Shown: positions 29,002 to 40,208, counted from the first letter of the stretch. The stretch is DNA of 64,000 nucleotides from Alphaproteobacteria bacterium (GCA_017477185.1 JAFUXF010000035.1:100851-164850); one strand, 5' to 3'. Translations and numbers: made by a program. Notes: generated by a model from the letters alone, not told the origin.

Positions 29002-30207
29002 TTATGCTATATTTTCCATACGAACATCGTCAAGTAAGGCATAAGTATCTTTAGCAATCATCAGCTCTTCATTTGCAGGAATAACTAAAACTTTCACTTT
29101 AGAATCCTCCGCAGAAATCAAAACCTCTTTACCGACCGCGTGGTTAGCATTTTCATCTAAAGAGATTCCGAAACAACCTAAGCGATTGCAAACTAATTTA
29201 CGGATAAATGCAGAATTTTCGCCGACACCACCGGTAAAAACCAATGTATCTAATCCGCCCAAAACGGCCACAAAGGAACCGATATGCTTAATCAACTGAT
29301 GGACATAAACATTAACTGCCGTAATTGCGCGCTCTTCGCCGGCAACATAATGTTCCAAAATTTCACGCATATCCGAATAGCCTGACAACCCGAGTAATCC
29401 GCTTTCTTTATTCAACATCATATTGACTTCATGCATTGTTTTATGCTGCGTGTTCATAATATGAAAGGGGATATATGCGTCTAAATCACCGCAACGCGTA
29501 CCCATAATCATGCCGACCATTGGTGTAAAGCCCATTGTTGTATCGACACTTTTACCATCTTTAATTGCAGTTATAGAAGCCCCGCTTCCCAAATGACAAG
29601 AAATGACACGTCCTTTTTTTCCAAGAATCTCGGCCGTTTTTTGCGCAATATAAGCATGAGATGTACCATGGAAACCATATTTACGGATTCTGTACTTTTC
29701 ATACTGCTCAATTGGTAGAGCATAAAGAAACGCTTCTTTGGGCATTGTTTGGTGAAAAGCAGAATCAAAAGCGGCAACCTGCGTTACATTTGGCAAAACA
29801 CGATTAACAGCCTCCAAACATAACACGAAGGCAGGCCCGTGAAGAGGAATAAGCGAAACGGCATCATAAATTTTGGCCTTAACATCATCATCAATAATCA
29901 CTGATTTATCAAAATATTCTCCACCGTGTCCCATCCGGTAACCTACTGCATCAATCTCATCGAGACTTTTGATATTATGCCGTAGCAAAACTTGCAAAAG
30001 CTCTTTGATAGCCGCCTCATGATTCGGAAAATTCATTATTTTAGATAATTTAGGCTCTGTACTGCTTGAATATGAAATAACAGAATTCGGTAATCCGATA
30101 CGTTCAACCATCCCTTTTGCTAAAGAGGTATAAACTGCTCCATCTGTTTCAAACAACTGATATTTAACACTGGAAGAACCTGAATTCAAAACTAAAATTT
30201 TTTTCAT
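29002..30207 (-). CDS. ackA: Acetate-kinase-family enzyme, divergent second copy
   Basis: VLNSGSSSVKYQLF, YGFHGTSH, GTRCGD, FTGGVGEN, NEELMIA. Confidence 0.88.
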   Translation of the reverse strand: MKKILVLNSGSSSVKYQLFETDGAVYTSLAKGMVERIGLPNSVISYSSSTEPKLSKIMNFPNHEAAIKELLQVLLRHNIKSLDEIDAVGYRMGHGGEYFDKSVIIDDDVKAKIYDAVSLIPLHGPAFVLCLEAVNRVLPNVTQVAAFDSAFHQTMPKEAFLYALPIEQYEKYRIRKYGFHGTSHAYIAQKTAEILGKKGRVISCHLGSGASITAIKDGKSVDTTMGFTPMVGMIMGTRCGDLDAYIPFHIMNTQHKTMHEVNMMLNKESGLLGLSGYSDMREILEHYVAGEERAITAVNVYVHQLIKHIGSFVAVLGGLDTLVFTGGVGENSAFIRKLVCNRLGCFGISLDENANHAVGKEVLISAEDSKVKVLVIPANEELMIAKDTYALLDDVRMENIA

Positions 30208-30446
30208 ATATAACCGAGCCTTTCCTTATCTCTCAAAAAAACTTTGGACACAATAGCAGAAAATAATGTTTAACGCAAGTATTTTATTTAGATATTATCA
30301 TGCCTAAAGAATATTCTATATATTAGTAATTTTTTAACTTGACAGTAAATATAGTGACCTTAAGATTAAAATGTTTTTAGCAAAACGTATTTCATTTTAA
30401 TTTCTTAATATATAATCTTAACTACTTTTTTAGAAAGGAGCTCCTT

Positions 30447-31154
30447 ATGAAAAAAATGTTATTATTAGCCGGTATTGCTACCGTTGCTTTCTCCGTACAT
30501 GCTAATGCTTGTGATTGGAAACCATACATTTCCGCTAAATTGACGGCCTCTCAGCTATCTGTTAATACCTCTGGCAGATATGTTGGTGATGGCTTCATAG
30601 AGAAATCCCTTAACTCCGGTGATGAAACACAGCATGTTTGGGGAACAAGTTTTGCTGCCGGTGCTGCCAGTGGAGCAATCCGGACTGAAATTGAATGGCA
30701 TCGCAACACTGCTGCCAGAATGTCTGACACCAATTCTACTATTAACGCTATTCTAGGAAATACTGTTGAGACAGGTAAAGCCAAAATTAAAACGGATGCC
30801 TTGCTATTAAATGCATATTATGACTTTGAGACCGATTCTGCCTTTACTCCTTATGTTGGTGCCGGTATCGGATATGCAAAAACTAAAATTACTCAATCTC
30901 GTTATGTTTCATGGGCTTTAGAAGGATTTGATAAAGCCACAAACAGCCACACCAACTTTGCATGGCAAATTGGTGCCGGTATTGCTTATGCTTTGAATGA
31001 CCATGTTTCTATTGACGTTGGTTATCGCTATATTGATTACGGCAAATTCAACGTTAAGAACTATGTTGATGAAGGATGGAGAGACGGAATTCGCAGAACT
31101 TCTTATGAAGTTACCGAAAACGAATTATATGCCGGTATCAGATATTCTTTCTAA
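30447..31154 (+). CDS. Outer-membrane beta-barrel (opacity/porin-like) protein
   Basis: Signal peptide, NAYYDF, FTPYVGAGIG, FAWQIGAG, GIRYSF. Confidence 0.88.
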   Translation: MKKMLLLAGIATVAFSVHANACDWKPYISAKLTASQLSVNTSGRYVGDGFIEKSLNSGDETQHVWGTSFAAGAASGAIRTEIEWHRNTAARMSDTNSTINAILGNTVETGKAKIKTDALLLNAYYDFETDSAFTPYVGAGIGYAKTKITQSRYVSWALEGFDKATNSHTNFAWQIGAGIAYALNDHVSIDVGYRYIDYGKFNVKNYVDEGWRDGIRRTSYEVTENELYAGIRYSF

Positions 31155-31312
31155 ACGAAAGCAAATCTTAGAAAAGGAGAGGTTTTCCTCTCCTTTTTTA
31201 TTATCAATATAATTATCATAACGAAAAAATCTATGATTTTCGTACTTATCCCAGCTTTATATCAATTAGTTTGAACGTTTATTTTGGTTTCAGTCAAAAT
31301 AGTACCTTTAAC

Positions 31313-32494
31313 CTAAGCAATCAGCCGAACTGTATCTTGCGCAATAACTAATTCTTCATTTGTTGGAATAACAAAAACTCTGACCTTTGAACCGACTTTA
31401 GAAATCTCAACAGTTTCACCACGTTTTTTATTAGCTTCTTCATCGAGTTCGATTCCCAAATAACTTAATCGTTCACACAAAGCTTTGCGTAAAGCCGGTG
31501 CATTTTCTCCGACACCTGCCGTAAAGATAATGGCATCAACACCACCCAAAACAGCGATATAACTACCGATAAAACGCAAAATATCATGAATATAAACTTC
31601 ATTGGCAATAATCGCCTTTTCGTCACCTTTAGCAATTGCCGCCTCAACATCACGATTATCTGAATAGCCGCACAAACCAAGCATACCGCTCTCTTTATTC
31701 AGCATACGATTCATTTCATCAATTGACTTTCCTTGTGTTTTCATAATATGCAACGGAATATAAGGATCAATATCTCCGCTCCTTGTTCCCATGCAAACAC
31801 CGGCCAATGGTGTAAATCCCATTGAAGTATCAACACATTGACCGTTTTCAACCGCAGAAATAGAAGCCCCGTTGCCAATATGACAAGTAATAAACTTACC
31901 TTGCTTCCCAATAATTTTTGCCGCCTCACGCGCAACATAAAAGTGAGATGTTCCATGCGCCCCGTAACGGCGAATTTTATGCTGTTCATATTGCTCAATT
32001 GGTAACGGATACAAGTACGCAGCTTTTTTCATGGTTTGATGAAATGCCGTATCAAATACCACAACTTGTTTTACATTCGGTAAAAGAGACTTCATCGCAC
32101 GCAACCCCATTGCTGCAGCCGGATTATGAAGAGGTGCCAAAATAGATAGCTCATCCACCTGTTCAATAACCCTATCTGTCACTAAAGCAGATTCCTTAAA
32201 GTATTCGCCACCGGCAACCACACGATGTCCTACACCGGATAATTCATCAATACTTTTCAAAGCCCCACGCAGCAACAAAGTCAAAACAGCTTGAATAGCC
32301 TCTTTATGCGTTGGTAACGCGACATTTTCCGTGATTTTATCATCATCACTGAGCTTAATCGTAACATATGACCCATCAATTCCGATTCTGTCAGCCAATC
32401 CCTTGGCAATAACCTCATACTTATCTCCTTCTACAGAAAACAACTGATATTTAAGAGAAGAAGAACCCGAGTTCAAAACAAGTATCTTTTGCAT
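31313..32494 (-). CDS. ackA: Acetate kinase
   Basis: VLNSGSSSLKYQLF, APLHNP, FDTAFH, HGTSH, GTRSGDID, TNEELVIA; downstream of pta. Confidence 0.95.
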   Translation of the reverse strand: MQKILVLNSGSSSLKYQLFSVEGDKYEVIAKGLADRIGIDGSYVTIKLSDDDKITENVALPTHKEAIQAVLTLLLRGALKSIDELSGVGHRVVAGGEYFKESALVTDRVIEQVDELSILAPLHNPAAAMGLRAMKSLLPNVKQVVVFDTAFHQTMKKAAYLYPLPIEQYEQHKIRRYGAHGTSHFYVAREAAKIIGKQGKFITCHIGNGASISAVENGQCVDTSMGFTPLAGVCMGTRSGDIDPYIPLHIMKTQGKSIDEMNRMLNKESGMLGLCGYSDNRDVEAAIAKGDEKAIIANEVYIHDILRFIGSYIAVLGGVDAIIFTAGVGENAPALRKALCERLSYLGIELDEEANKKRGETVEISKVGSKVRVFVIPTNEELVIAQDTVRLIA

Positions 32495-32552
32495 TTAATA
32501 AATTCCTATAAAAACATAAAAAAAATATAAAAAGGATAAACAGATTATACAC

Positions 32553-32644
32553 GTCAAATAATAAGATTTAAAAGAGGGAAAAGCTCAGCGTACTTAAGCG
32601 ATGCGTGAGCATTTTCCTTTTCTACAAAATTTGTATTAATTGAC
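32553..32644. repeat. RPE-like element between pta and ackA, overlapping the pta stop
   Basis: IR gtcaaataata/tattaattgac; core gctcagcgtac...gcgtgagcatttt. Confidence 0.65.
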
Positions 32645-33646
32645 CGAAGAATCTGCTTGGATAGCCGTGAGAGCAATCATCCCGATAATATCTTCAACCA
32701 ATGCTCCGCGCGACAAATCATTAACCGGTGCATTTAAGCCTTGCATTAAAGGTCCATAGGCCTCACAACCGCAAATACGTTGTAACAATTTATATCCAAT
32801 ATTAGCGGCCTCCAAATCAGGGAAAATCAAAACGCGCGCTTTTCCGGCAACATCACTGTCCGGTGCTTTTTTCTTAGCAACAACGGCATCTAATGCCGCA
32901 TCTGCTTGCAATTCGCCATCAATTTTTATACCTTTACCGGCATATTCAGGCAATTTCAAAGCCTCTTTTGCCATATTGGCAGCATTACGCACCTTATCAA
33001 CACCGGCACCCTTACCTGATCCGCGTGTTGAATAAGACAACAGGGCAACATTCGGTTCGATTCCAAATTTCAGTGCTGTTTCACCTGCGGCTAAAGCCAT
33101 GTCACACAATTCTTTTTCAGTTGGATCAATAATAATGGCACAATCAGAGAACACATATGCCTGATTATCTTTAACCAACAGAACAGCTGTTGACACCGAA
33201 CGATCTTTGTGAGTTGATTTAATAATCTGCAAAGCCGGACGAACAGTATCTGCCGTTGAGTGATTAGCTCCGGATAACATACCGTCTGCATCACCTGCCT
33301 TAATCATTAAAGTACCGAAATAATTATAATTCAAAGCTTGTTTTTTAGCTTCTTCTAGAGTCATACCTTTAGCCTTGCGCAACTCATACAAAAGATTGGC
33401 ATACGCTTCCAATTTAGGAGAATTTTCCGGTTTAACAATGGTAATATTACCCAGATTCCAGTTCTTTTTAGCATAATACGCTTTAATTTCGGCTTCATCA
33501 CCCAAAATAATGATTTTAGCAGCTTTAGCATCCGTAATAACATGCGCAGCCTCCAAAATGCGCTCATCTTCTCCTTCAGGCAAAACAATGGTTTTATAAC
33601 TTTTTTTAGCTCGTTCAATCAAGCCTTGTAAATATTGACTAATCAT
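32636..33646 (-). CDS. pta: Phosphate acetyltransferase
   Basis: IVLPEGEDERIL, DGELQADAA, IFPDLEAANIGYK, DLSRG. Confidence 0.97.
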   Translation of the reverse strand: MISQYLQGLIERAKKSYKTIVLPEGEDERILEAAHVITDAKAAKIIILGDEAEIKAYYAKKNWNLGNITIVKPENSPKLEAYANLLYELRKAKGMTLEEAKKQALNYNYFGTLMIKAGDADGMLSGANHSTADTVRPALQIIKSTHKDRSVSTAVLLVKDNQAYVFSDCAIIIDPTEKELCDMALAAGETALKFGIEPNVALLSYSTRGSGKGAGVDKVRNAANMAKEALKLPEYAGKGIKIDGELQADAALDAVVAKKKAPDSDVAGKARVLIFPDLEAANIGYKLLQRICGCEAYGPLMQGLNAPVNDLSRGALVEDIIGMIALTAIQADSSVN

Positions 33647-33814
33647 ATCTTTAACCTTTTCATGTTGTTAAAAAAATTCTGAGGATAATAAACAACGTTT
33701 ATCCCCAAAAGTCCACAAGAAATTTAACATTATCAAGTTTATTTAATTGTCATGCTTGCATTTAAAACAAACATTGCGTAACATCACAACAACTGCATCA
33801 AAGGAGAAAATATC

Positions 33815-34861
33815 GTGTTAAAAATTTTACTGTTCCTATTGTTCCTGTGCGTCGCGTATCCGGTCATGGCCGAAGACATGAATTTGTATGAGACAAAAGT
33901 AACCATTGATGCTACCGGCAAAAATGCCGCTCAAGCAAGAGAAAATGCACTTACTCAAGCCAACCGCAAAGCTCTCTATGCAGTTGTGGACAGAATTAGC
34001 ACCAATGATGGTGTCAAAATTTTAGATGACTTAAATGACAATCAGATTCTTAACTTTATTCAGGAAGTTTCCGTCGTGTCTGAAAAAGTCAACGAAAACC
34101 AGTATAACGCCGTTTTGCTAATGACCATTAATGCGCCTGTTTTGAAAGCCTATTTGGCAGAAAAAGATATCCCCATGACGGTAATGAAAGAAACTCATGT
34201 GTTAATTATTCCCGTTTATCGTGAAAGCGAAACATCTTCTCCTCTTCTGTGGGAAGAAACAAATCCTTGGTATCAAGCATGGCTTGAAAATAAAATCGAT
34301 CGAGAACAAACGACAATCTTACCGATCCCCAATCAAAGCGACAATCGTAACATCTTAACTGCAGAAGATGCCCTGAAACTCAATAGCATGAGTTTATCCG
34401 CCATACGGAACATAAATAACAATCAAGAGCTATTTGTCGCCGATGCGCTAAAAAGTTCGGATTCTCTGCACCTTGAGCTAAAATCGCCACAAGCAGGAAC
34501 GATTCTCTCAAAAATTTATGAAGGAAATAATGACAATTTAATGCTTGCCGCTATCCAAGACATTAAATCTGCCGTTATAAAACATCTTCAAAAACAAACC
34601 TTTAACGAGAACAATGAACTTAACCACCTAACCATTGTTTTTAATTATCCGCAATTACGCGATTGGTTAGCTCTGCAGCAAACCGTAAAAAAGATCCCTA
34701 ACATTCAAAAAACAACTACGGACGCCTTTGCTAATCATCGCGCACAGTTAAGTCTTGAGTTTACGGGAGAGTTACAAACTTTGCTCAACAGTTTTGCCGC
34801 TCAGGGATTCTCCTTAAAAGATAATGGTAATTTTTATCAAGCAGAAAGGATTACTCAATGA
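33815..34861 (+). CDS. Exported protein, DUF2066-like
   Basis: Signal peptide, VTIDATGKNAAQARENA, position upstream of an AI-2E gene. Confidence 0.65.
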   Translation: MLKILLFLLFLCVAYPVMAEDMNLYETKVTIDATGKNAAQARENALTQANRKALYAVVDRISTNDGVKILDDLNDNQILNFIQEVSVVSEKVNENQYNAVLLMTINAPVLKAYLAEKDIPMTVMKETHVLIIPVYRESETSSPLLWEETNPWYQAWLENKIDREQTTILPIPNQSDNRNILTAEDALKLNSMSLSAIRNINNNQELFVADALKSSDSLHLELKSPQAGTILSKIYEGNNDNLMLAAIQDIKSAVIKHLQKQTFNENNELNHLTIVFNYPQLRDWLALQQTVKKIPNIQKTTTDAFANHRAQLSLEFTGELQTLLNSFAAQGFSLKDNGNFYQAERITQ

Positions 34862-35916
34862 ATTACAAAGAATATCGTTGGCTGATTTGGGGGCTGATAT
34901 TTATTGCATTTTGCATCATTATCCACGCTTTACACTCAGTTTTATTGCCCTTTGTCGTCGGCATTACTTTAGGCTACCTGTTCGATCCGCTAGCCTCTTA
35001 TTTTGAAAAAAAAGGGCTTAATCGTACTATAGCCACTTTACTGGTATTAGGACTGGCAATTTTGGTATTTATTCCAATTATCATTTTATTCATCACACTT
35101 ATCAATGAACAGTTATCAACCTTTATCGGTGCCTTACCTCAATATGTTTCTTCTTTTACTAAAAAGATAGAACCGCTTATCAATGAGTTGCAAACACGTT
35201 TTCCGGACATCAATGCTGAAAAAATAAAAGCATCAATTCGTGCATCAGTCGCTGATAATTTTAAAATTGCAGGAGGTGTTCTACATAGCCTTCTTAATAA
35301 GAGCTTTGCGCTGATTAATTTGATCTCTCTACTTTTAATTACTCCGATAGTAACCTTTTATATGCTGCGTGACTGGGATAATTTTACAAAAAAAGTTAAC
35401 AGCTTACTTCCTCGCAAATCAAAAAAATCAATACGCATCGCTGCCAAAGAAATAGATAAAACGTTGTCAGGATTCATTCGTGGGCAAATCAGTGTCTGCA
35501 TACTTCTCGGAATTTATTATTCATTAGGATTATACTTGATCGGACTTGATTTAGGTCTGATTATCGGCTTTACCGCCGGACTGATTTCTTTTATTCCTTA
35601 TGTTGGTAGTATATCTGGATTTATTCTCAGCATTATCTTAGCTCTGGCTCAATTTGATAATTTTATGCCTGTCTTCCAAGTCATTTTAGTTTTTGTAACA
35701 GGACAATTTATCGAAGGTAATTTTCTTACTCCGAAACTGGTCGGAGACAAAGTCGGCTTACATCCGGTCTGGATTATGTTTGCCCTGTTATCCGGCGGAG
35801 TCTTATTAGGATTTTTAGGATTATTGATAGCGATTCCGGCGGCAGCAGTCATTGGTGTCCTAACACGCCATGCTATAAACAACTATAAACAAAGTAGTCT
35901 TTATTTAGAAGATTAA
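34858..35916 (+). CDS. AI-2E (PerM) family transporter
   Basis: FYMLRDW, SFIPYVG, EGNFLTPKLVG, GLHPVW. Confidence 0.93.
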   Translation: MNYKEYRWLIWGLIFIAFCIIIHALHSVLLPFVVGITLGYLFDPLASYFEKKGLNRTIATLLVLGLAILVFIPIIILFITLINEQLSTFIGALPQYVSSFTKKIEPLINELQTRFPDINAEKIKASIRASVADNFKIAGGVLHSLLNKSFALINLISLLLITPIVTFYMLRDWDNFTKKVNSLLPRKSKKSIRIAAKEIDKTLSGFIRGQISVCILLGIYYSLGLYLIGLDLGLIIGFTAGLISFIPYVGSISGFILSIILALAQFDNFMPVFQVILVFVTGQFIEGNFLTPKLVGDKVGLHPVWIMFALLSGGVLLGFLGLLIAIPAAAVIGVLTRHAINNYKQSSLYLED

Positions 35917-35979
35917 TAATTATTTTAACTATTCCGCTTAAAATGAAGCAAACTTAAGCTATTTTATGAAGGATATTCT

Positions 35980-37035
35980 ATGCTACATTACCTTTTTACG
36001 TTTTCAGACAATATAATTACCTCAGGCATATTTGCCTTTTTTACTGCTTTAATTATCGCTCTTTCTTGCGGTAATAAATTGATTGATTTTTTGCACCACC
36101 ATCAAACCAAAGGCCAACCTATTCGTGAAGATGGTCCGCAAAGTCACTTACTTACAAAAAAAGGGACTCCGACTATGGGTGGTTTTCTCATTTTGGGAAG
36201 TGGCATACTATCCTCTTTATTATGGTGTCATTTAAGTAATATTTTTGTATGGCTTTGCATTTTAGTTTTGATTATTTACGGCGGTACAGGATTCGCTGAT
36301 GACTACGTTAAAGTCAAAAAACAAACCCCCAATGCCATGACCGCAAAAATGAAGTTGCTGCTCCAGTTTGCCACCGCTTTTTTGGTTGTTTGGGTTGTTT
36401 CCGTAAATACAGCAGAAAATTTACGCTATACTTTAACCTTTCCTTACTTCAAAAACTTTGCCATAAACTTATTATGGTTCTACATTCCTTTTGGAATGTT
36501 CGTTATCGCCGGTGCCTCCAACGCTGTAAATCTAACAGACGGATTGGACGGATTGGCAAGCGGCTTAATGATTTGCGCCTTAACTGTTTTTGCTATCGTT
36601 TGCTTAATTTGCGGTACGTCCCTTGCTACAGATTTTCAAATGCACGAAATAGCTCCTTGCGCCGAAATTGCGATTCTTTGTTGTGCCATGATAGGCGGAT
36701 GCTTAGGGTTCCTGTGGTTTAATGCACCCAAAGCAAAAATTTTTATGGGTGATACCGGATCTCTTGCATTGGGGGCTCTCCTCGGAACAATCGCAGTAAT
36801 GTGCAAACAAGAGATTTTACTGGCTATTGTCGGAGGAGTCTTTGTTATGGAAACTGTTTCTGTTATGATTCAAGTTGCATATTTCAAAAAAACCGGCGGC
36901 AAAAGATTTTTCCGCATGGCTCCGATTCATCACCATTTTGAGCAATTGGGTTGGAATGAAACCTGTGTTGTTATTCGTTTTTGGATTATTGGATTTATTT
37001 TAGCCATCATTGGTTTAACTTCGGTGCTGATATAA
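35980..37035 (+). CDS. mraY: Phospho-MurNAc-pentapeptide transferase
   Basis: KKGTPTMGG, SNAVNLTDGLDGLA, FMGDTGS, MAPIHHHFE. Confidence 0.97.
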   Translation: MLHYLFTFSDNIITSGIFAFFTALIIALSCGNKLIDFLHHHQTKGQPIREDGPQSHLLTKKGTPTMGGFLILGSGILSSLLWCHLSNIFVWLCILVLIIYGGTGFADDYVKVKKQTPNAMTAKMKLLLQFATAFLVVWVVSVNTAENLRYTLTFPYFKNFAINLLWFYIPFGMFVIAGASNAVNLTDGLDGLASGLMICALTVFAIVCLICGTSLATDFQMHEIAPCAEIAILCCAMIGGCLGFLWFNAPKAKIFMGDTGSLALGALLGTIAVMCKQEILLAIVGGVFVMETVSVMIQVAYFKKTGGKRFFRMAPIHHHFEQLGWNETCVVIRFWIIGFILAIIGLTSVLI

Positions 37036-37047
37036 TAGGGTAAAATC

Positions 37048-38178
37048 ATGAAACTTTTTTCCCGAAATTCTCGCAGTCTCTTAAGTAATTGGTGGTGGAC
37101 CGTCGATAAAACATTATTAGGAATGGTCGCCGGACTAATGATTTTGGGCATTTTTTTGACCTTTTCCGCCAGTCCGTCCGTTGCACAGAGAGTCGGTCAA
37201 AGCAGCTACCATTACATATATCGCCAGTGCTTTTTTGTTCCCTTAGCTTTTGTCATTATGCTGTTTTTATCCATGCAAAATCTCAAATTCATCAGAAGAT
37301 TTGCCTGTTTAGGATACATCACCGCTATTTTATTAACGGTTATGACTTTATTTTGGGGCGAGGAAATCAAAGGAGCTCATCGTTGGATTCGCATTTTTGG
37401 TTTTTCCCTGCAACCTTCTGAATTTATAAAGCCTACTTTTGCAATTGTGGCAGCATGGTTGTTTGATGCCCAAAAACAATATAACGAAATACCGGGAACT
37501 TTGCTTTCCACTGTTCTCTTTGTTGCTACTGCAGGACTATTGTTGAGCCAGCCTGATATTGGTATGACTTTTGTTGTCAGTGCCATTTGGTTTTTTCAAC
37601 TGTTTTTAAACGGATTGCCCATAATCTGGATACTTGGTTTCGGCGGACTAGGAATTTGCGTTTTTTTTGTTTTATACTTTACCTTTCCTCACTTTCACAT
37701 CCGTATCCAACAATTTTTAACTTCCGGACAAGAACTCAGCTATCAGGTTCAAAAAGCAATGGACGCCTTTCAAAGCGGTCACTATTTAGGACGAGGACCG
37801 GGAGAAGGTGTTGCAAAACTAAGTATTCCTGATGCACATACCGATTTTATTTTTGCCGTTGCTGCGGAAGAATTCGGCTTTATTCTTTGCGCCTTACTCA
37901 TTGGCATATATGCTACAATCGTTATTCGCGCCATGATGATTTCTTTAAAAGATAAAAACTATTTTATTATTTTATCTTCTGCCGGTCTTGCGGCTTCTTT
38001 TGGTTTGCAGGGAATTATTAATATGGCATCTTCCCTGCATTTAATGCCGACCAAAGGCATGACCTTGCCTTTTATTTCATATGGCGGGTCATCCGTATTG
38101 GCCTCAGCAATCGGCATTGGAATGCTACTGGCAATAACTCGTAAAAATGCTCACTCGGAGGATAAAGATGACCAATAA
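37048..38178 (+). CDS. ftsW: SEDS peptidoglycan glycosyltransferase FtsW
   Basis: QPSEFIK, QPDIG, PDAHTDFIFA, PFISYGGSS. Confidence 0.96.
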   Translation: MKLFSRNSRSLLSNWWWTVDKTLLGMVAGLMILGIFLTFSASPSVAQRVGQSSYHYIYRQCFFVPLAFVIMLFLSMQNLKFIRRFACLGYITAILLTVMTLFWGEEIKGAHRWIRIFGFSLQPSEFIKPTFAIVAAWLFDAQKQYNEIPGTLLSTVLFVATAGLLLSQPDIGMTFVVSAIWFFQLFLNGLPIIWILGFGGLGICVFFVLYFTFPHFHIRIQQFLTSGQELSYQVQKAMDAFQSGHYLGRGPGEGVAKLSIPDAHTDFIFAVAAEEFGFILCALLIGIYATIVIRAMMISLKDKNYFIILSSAGLAASFGLQGIINMASSLHLMPTKGMTLPFISYGGSSVLASAIGIGMLLAITRKNAHSEDKDDQ

Positions 38179-39286
38179 AGCCATAACTAAACCTTTAATT
38201 ATTTTAACAGCCGGCGGTACCGGCGGACATGTATTCCCGGCAGAATCTTTAGCGGAAGAACTCTCTGCACGCGGTTATGAGTTAGCCTTAATCACAGACA
38301 GCCGCGGCAAAGATAATTACCATGGCAAATTAGGAGAAATCAAAAATTACTCCGTATTGGCAGGTGCGCTCGTTGGAAAATCAAAATTATTCAAGATCAA
38401 AAGCCTGTTTAAAACCGGTCTCGGGGTCTTACAAGCTATATTTATTTTACTGAAACGTAGACCTGTTTGTGTCGTAGGATTTGGCGGATATGCTTCTTTT
38501 CCTTGCTGCATGGCCGCAATTTTATTGGGAGTTGATTTAGTTATCCATGAGCAAAATTCCGTCATGAGCCGCACAAATCGTTTTTTAAGTCGGTATGCCT
38601 CTTTTGTTGGAACAAGTTTTCAAAAAACTAAGTATATTCCGTTTCGAACCAAACAAATTTTAACCGGTATGCCCATCCGTAAAAATATAGCCACGTTATA
38701 TAATCGTCCGTATCAAACACGAAATAATGACAAGAAATTTCAATTATTGATTATCGGTGGTTCGCAAGGAGCCAAGATTTTCGGAGAAATAATACCTCCT
38801 GCCATAAAGAATTTACCCGAAAATCTCCAAAAACAACTACAAATATACCACCAGTGTCGTAAAGACGATGTTGAGAATGTCACAAGCAGCTACAATCAGT
38901 GTTCAGCAGAAATTACTGTTTCTCATTTTTTTGAAAATATGGTAGAGTTATATACCCAAGGAAGTTTAATTATCTCTCGAGCCGGAGCCTCATCAATTGC
39001 TGAAATTACAGCAACAAAATTACCGTCTATTCTTATTCCTTTACCAACAGCGGCTGATGATCACCAAACAACAAATGCCGAAGCAATTGCAGATAATCAG
39101 GCTGGTTATGTTTTTAAACAAAAAGAATTTTCATCCGAAGTATTATGCAATTTACTGCAAAATTTGATAAATGACTCTGAAAAATTATCAAATATGTCAG
39201 CAAGAGCAGCACGCTTGAGCATTATAGATGCGTCAAAACGATTAGCTGACGCAATAGAGCATGAAATTATTTTCGCAAGCAAATAA
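38168..39286 (+). CDS. murG: MurG glycosyltransferase
   Basis: GGTGGHVFP, HEQN, GGSQGA, SRAGASS; start ATG 38168. Confidence 0.96.
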   Translation: MTNKAITKPLIILTAGGTGGHVFPAESLAEELSARGYELALITDSRGKDNYHGKLGEIKNYSVLAGALVGKSKLFKIKSLFKTGLGVLQAIFILLKRRPVCVVGFGGYASFPCCMAAILLGVDLVIHEQNSVMSRTNRFLSRYASFVGTSFQKTKYIPFRTKQILTGMPIRKNIATLYNRPYQTRNNDKKFQLLIIGGSQGAKIFGEIIPPAIKNLPENLQKQLQIYHQCRKDDVENVTSSYNQCSAEITVSHFFENMVELYTQGSLIISRAGASSIAEITATKLPSILIPLPTAADDHQTTNAEAIADNQAGYVFKQKEFSSEVLCNLLQNLINDSEKLSNMSARAARLSIIDASKRLADAIEHEIIFASK

Positions 39287-39296
39287 AGGATAAGCA

Positions 39297-40208
39297 ATGA
39301 ACGCCGCACAAACCATTCTGAATTTTCTTCCTAAAGTCCGTGGTAAATATCAGAGCAATGAGCCTTTATCAAAACACACATGGTTCGGTGTCGGAGGACC
39401 TGCTGAAGTGATGTACCATCCGCAAGATGTTGAAGATTTAAAATATTTTTTACAAAACAAACCACATAACATTCCTGTTTGCCTGATTGGCGGCGGTTCT
39501 AACTTATTGGTCAGAGATGGTGGAATTCCCGGAGTTGTCATCAAGCTAGACAACAAAAACTTTCGGCAAATTGAAATCGGGGAAAATCATATTAAATGCG
39601 GAGCCGGCTTGCACAACACTGATCTCAAAAGGCTCATCATTAAACATCATTTAGGCGGTCTCGAATTTTTATGTTCGATTCCCGGTGTAATTGGCGGTTC
39701 AGTCAAAACCAATGCCGGTTGCTTTGGCTCAGAAATCAAAGATGTTTTGGTTTCTGCAGACATCATCAATGGACTGGGACAAATAATTACCCTGCCCGCT
39801 AAAGATTTTAACCTGTCCTATCGCTCCAGTTTTTTTCCTGATGATTGGATTATTCTTGCACTTACCTTAAAAACGACTCCCGATACCGCAGAAAACATCA
39901 CAAAAAAGCTGAAAGAACAACAAGCGTATCGCTTTGCACATCAGCCGTATAAAGCAAAAACGGCGGGATCAACTTTTAAGAATCCCCAAGGGCTACGCGC
40001 ATGGGAACTCATCAAAAATTCAGATTGCGCAAATTTAAGCGTGGGTGGTGCAAAAGTTTCTGAAATTCATAACAATTTTTTAATTAACACCGGAACAGCC
40101 ACTGCAGATGATATTGAGCAATTGGGTGAAAAAATTATTGCTTGTGTCAAAGAAAGAACATCAATCACACTAGAATGGGAAATAAAACGATTAGGAATAA
40201 AAAAATAA
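39297..40208 (+). CDS. murB: UDP-N-acetylenolpyruvoylglucosamine reductase
   Basis: GVGGPAE, GGGSNLLVRDGG, NAG, AGSTFKNP, HNNFLIN. Confidence 0.96.
   Translation: MNAAQTILNFLPKVRGKYQSNEPLSKHTWFGVGGPAEVMYHPQDVEDLKYFLQNKPHNIPVCLIGGGSNLLVRDGGIPGVVIKLDNKNFRQIEIGENHIKCGAGLHNTDLKRLIIKHHLGGLEFLCSIPGVIGGSVKTNAGCFGSEIKDVLVSADIINGLGQIITLPAKDFNLSYRSSFFPDDWIILALTLKTTPDTAENITKKLKEQQAYRFAHQPYKAKTAGSTFKNPQGLRAWELIKNSDCANLSVGGAKVSEIHNNFLINTGTATADDIEQLGEKIIACVKERTSITLEWEIKRLGIKK

Noticed and set aside
35913-35929. CtrA box upstream of mraY
   Set aside because: Spacing is TTAA-N8-TTAAC rather than N7, and such words are common in AT-rich DNA
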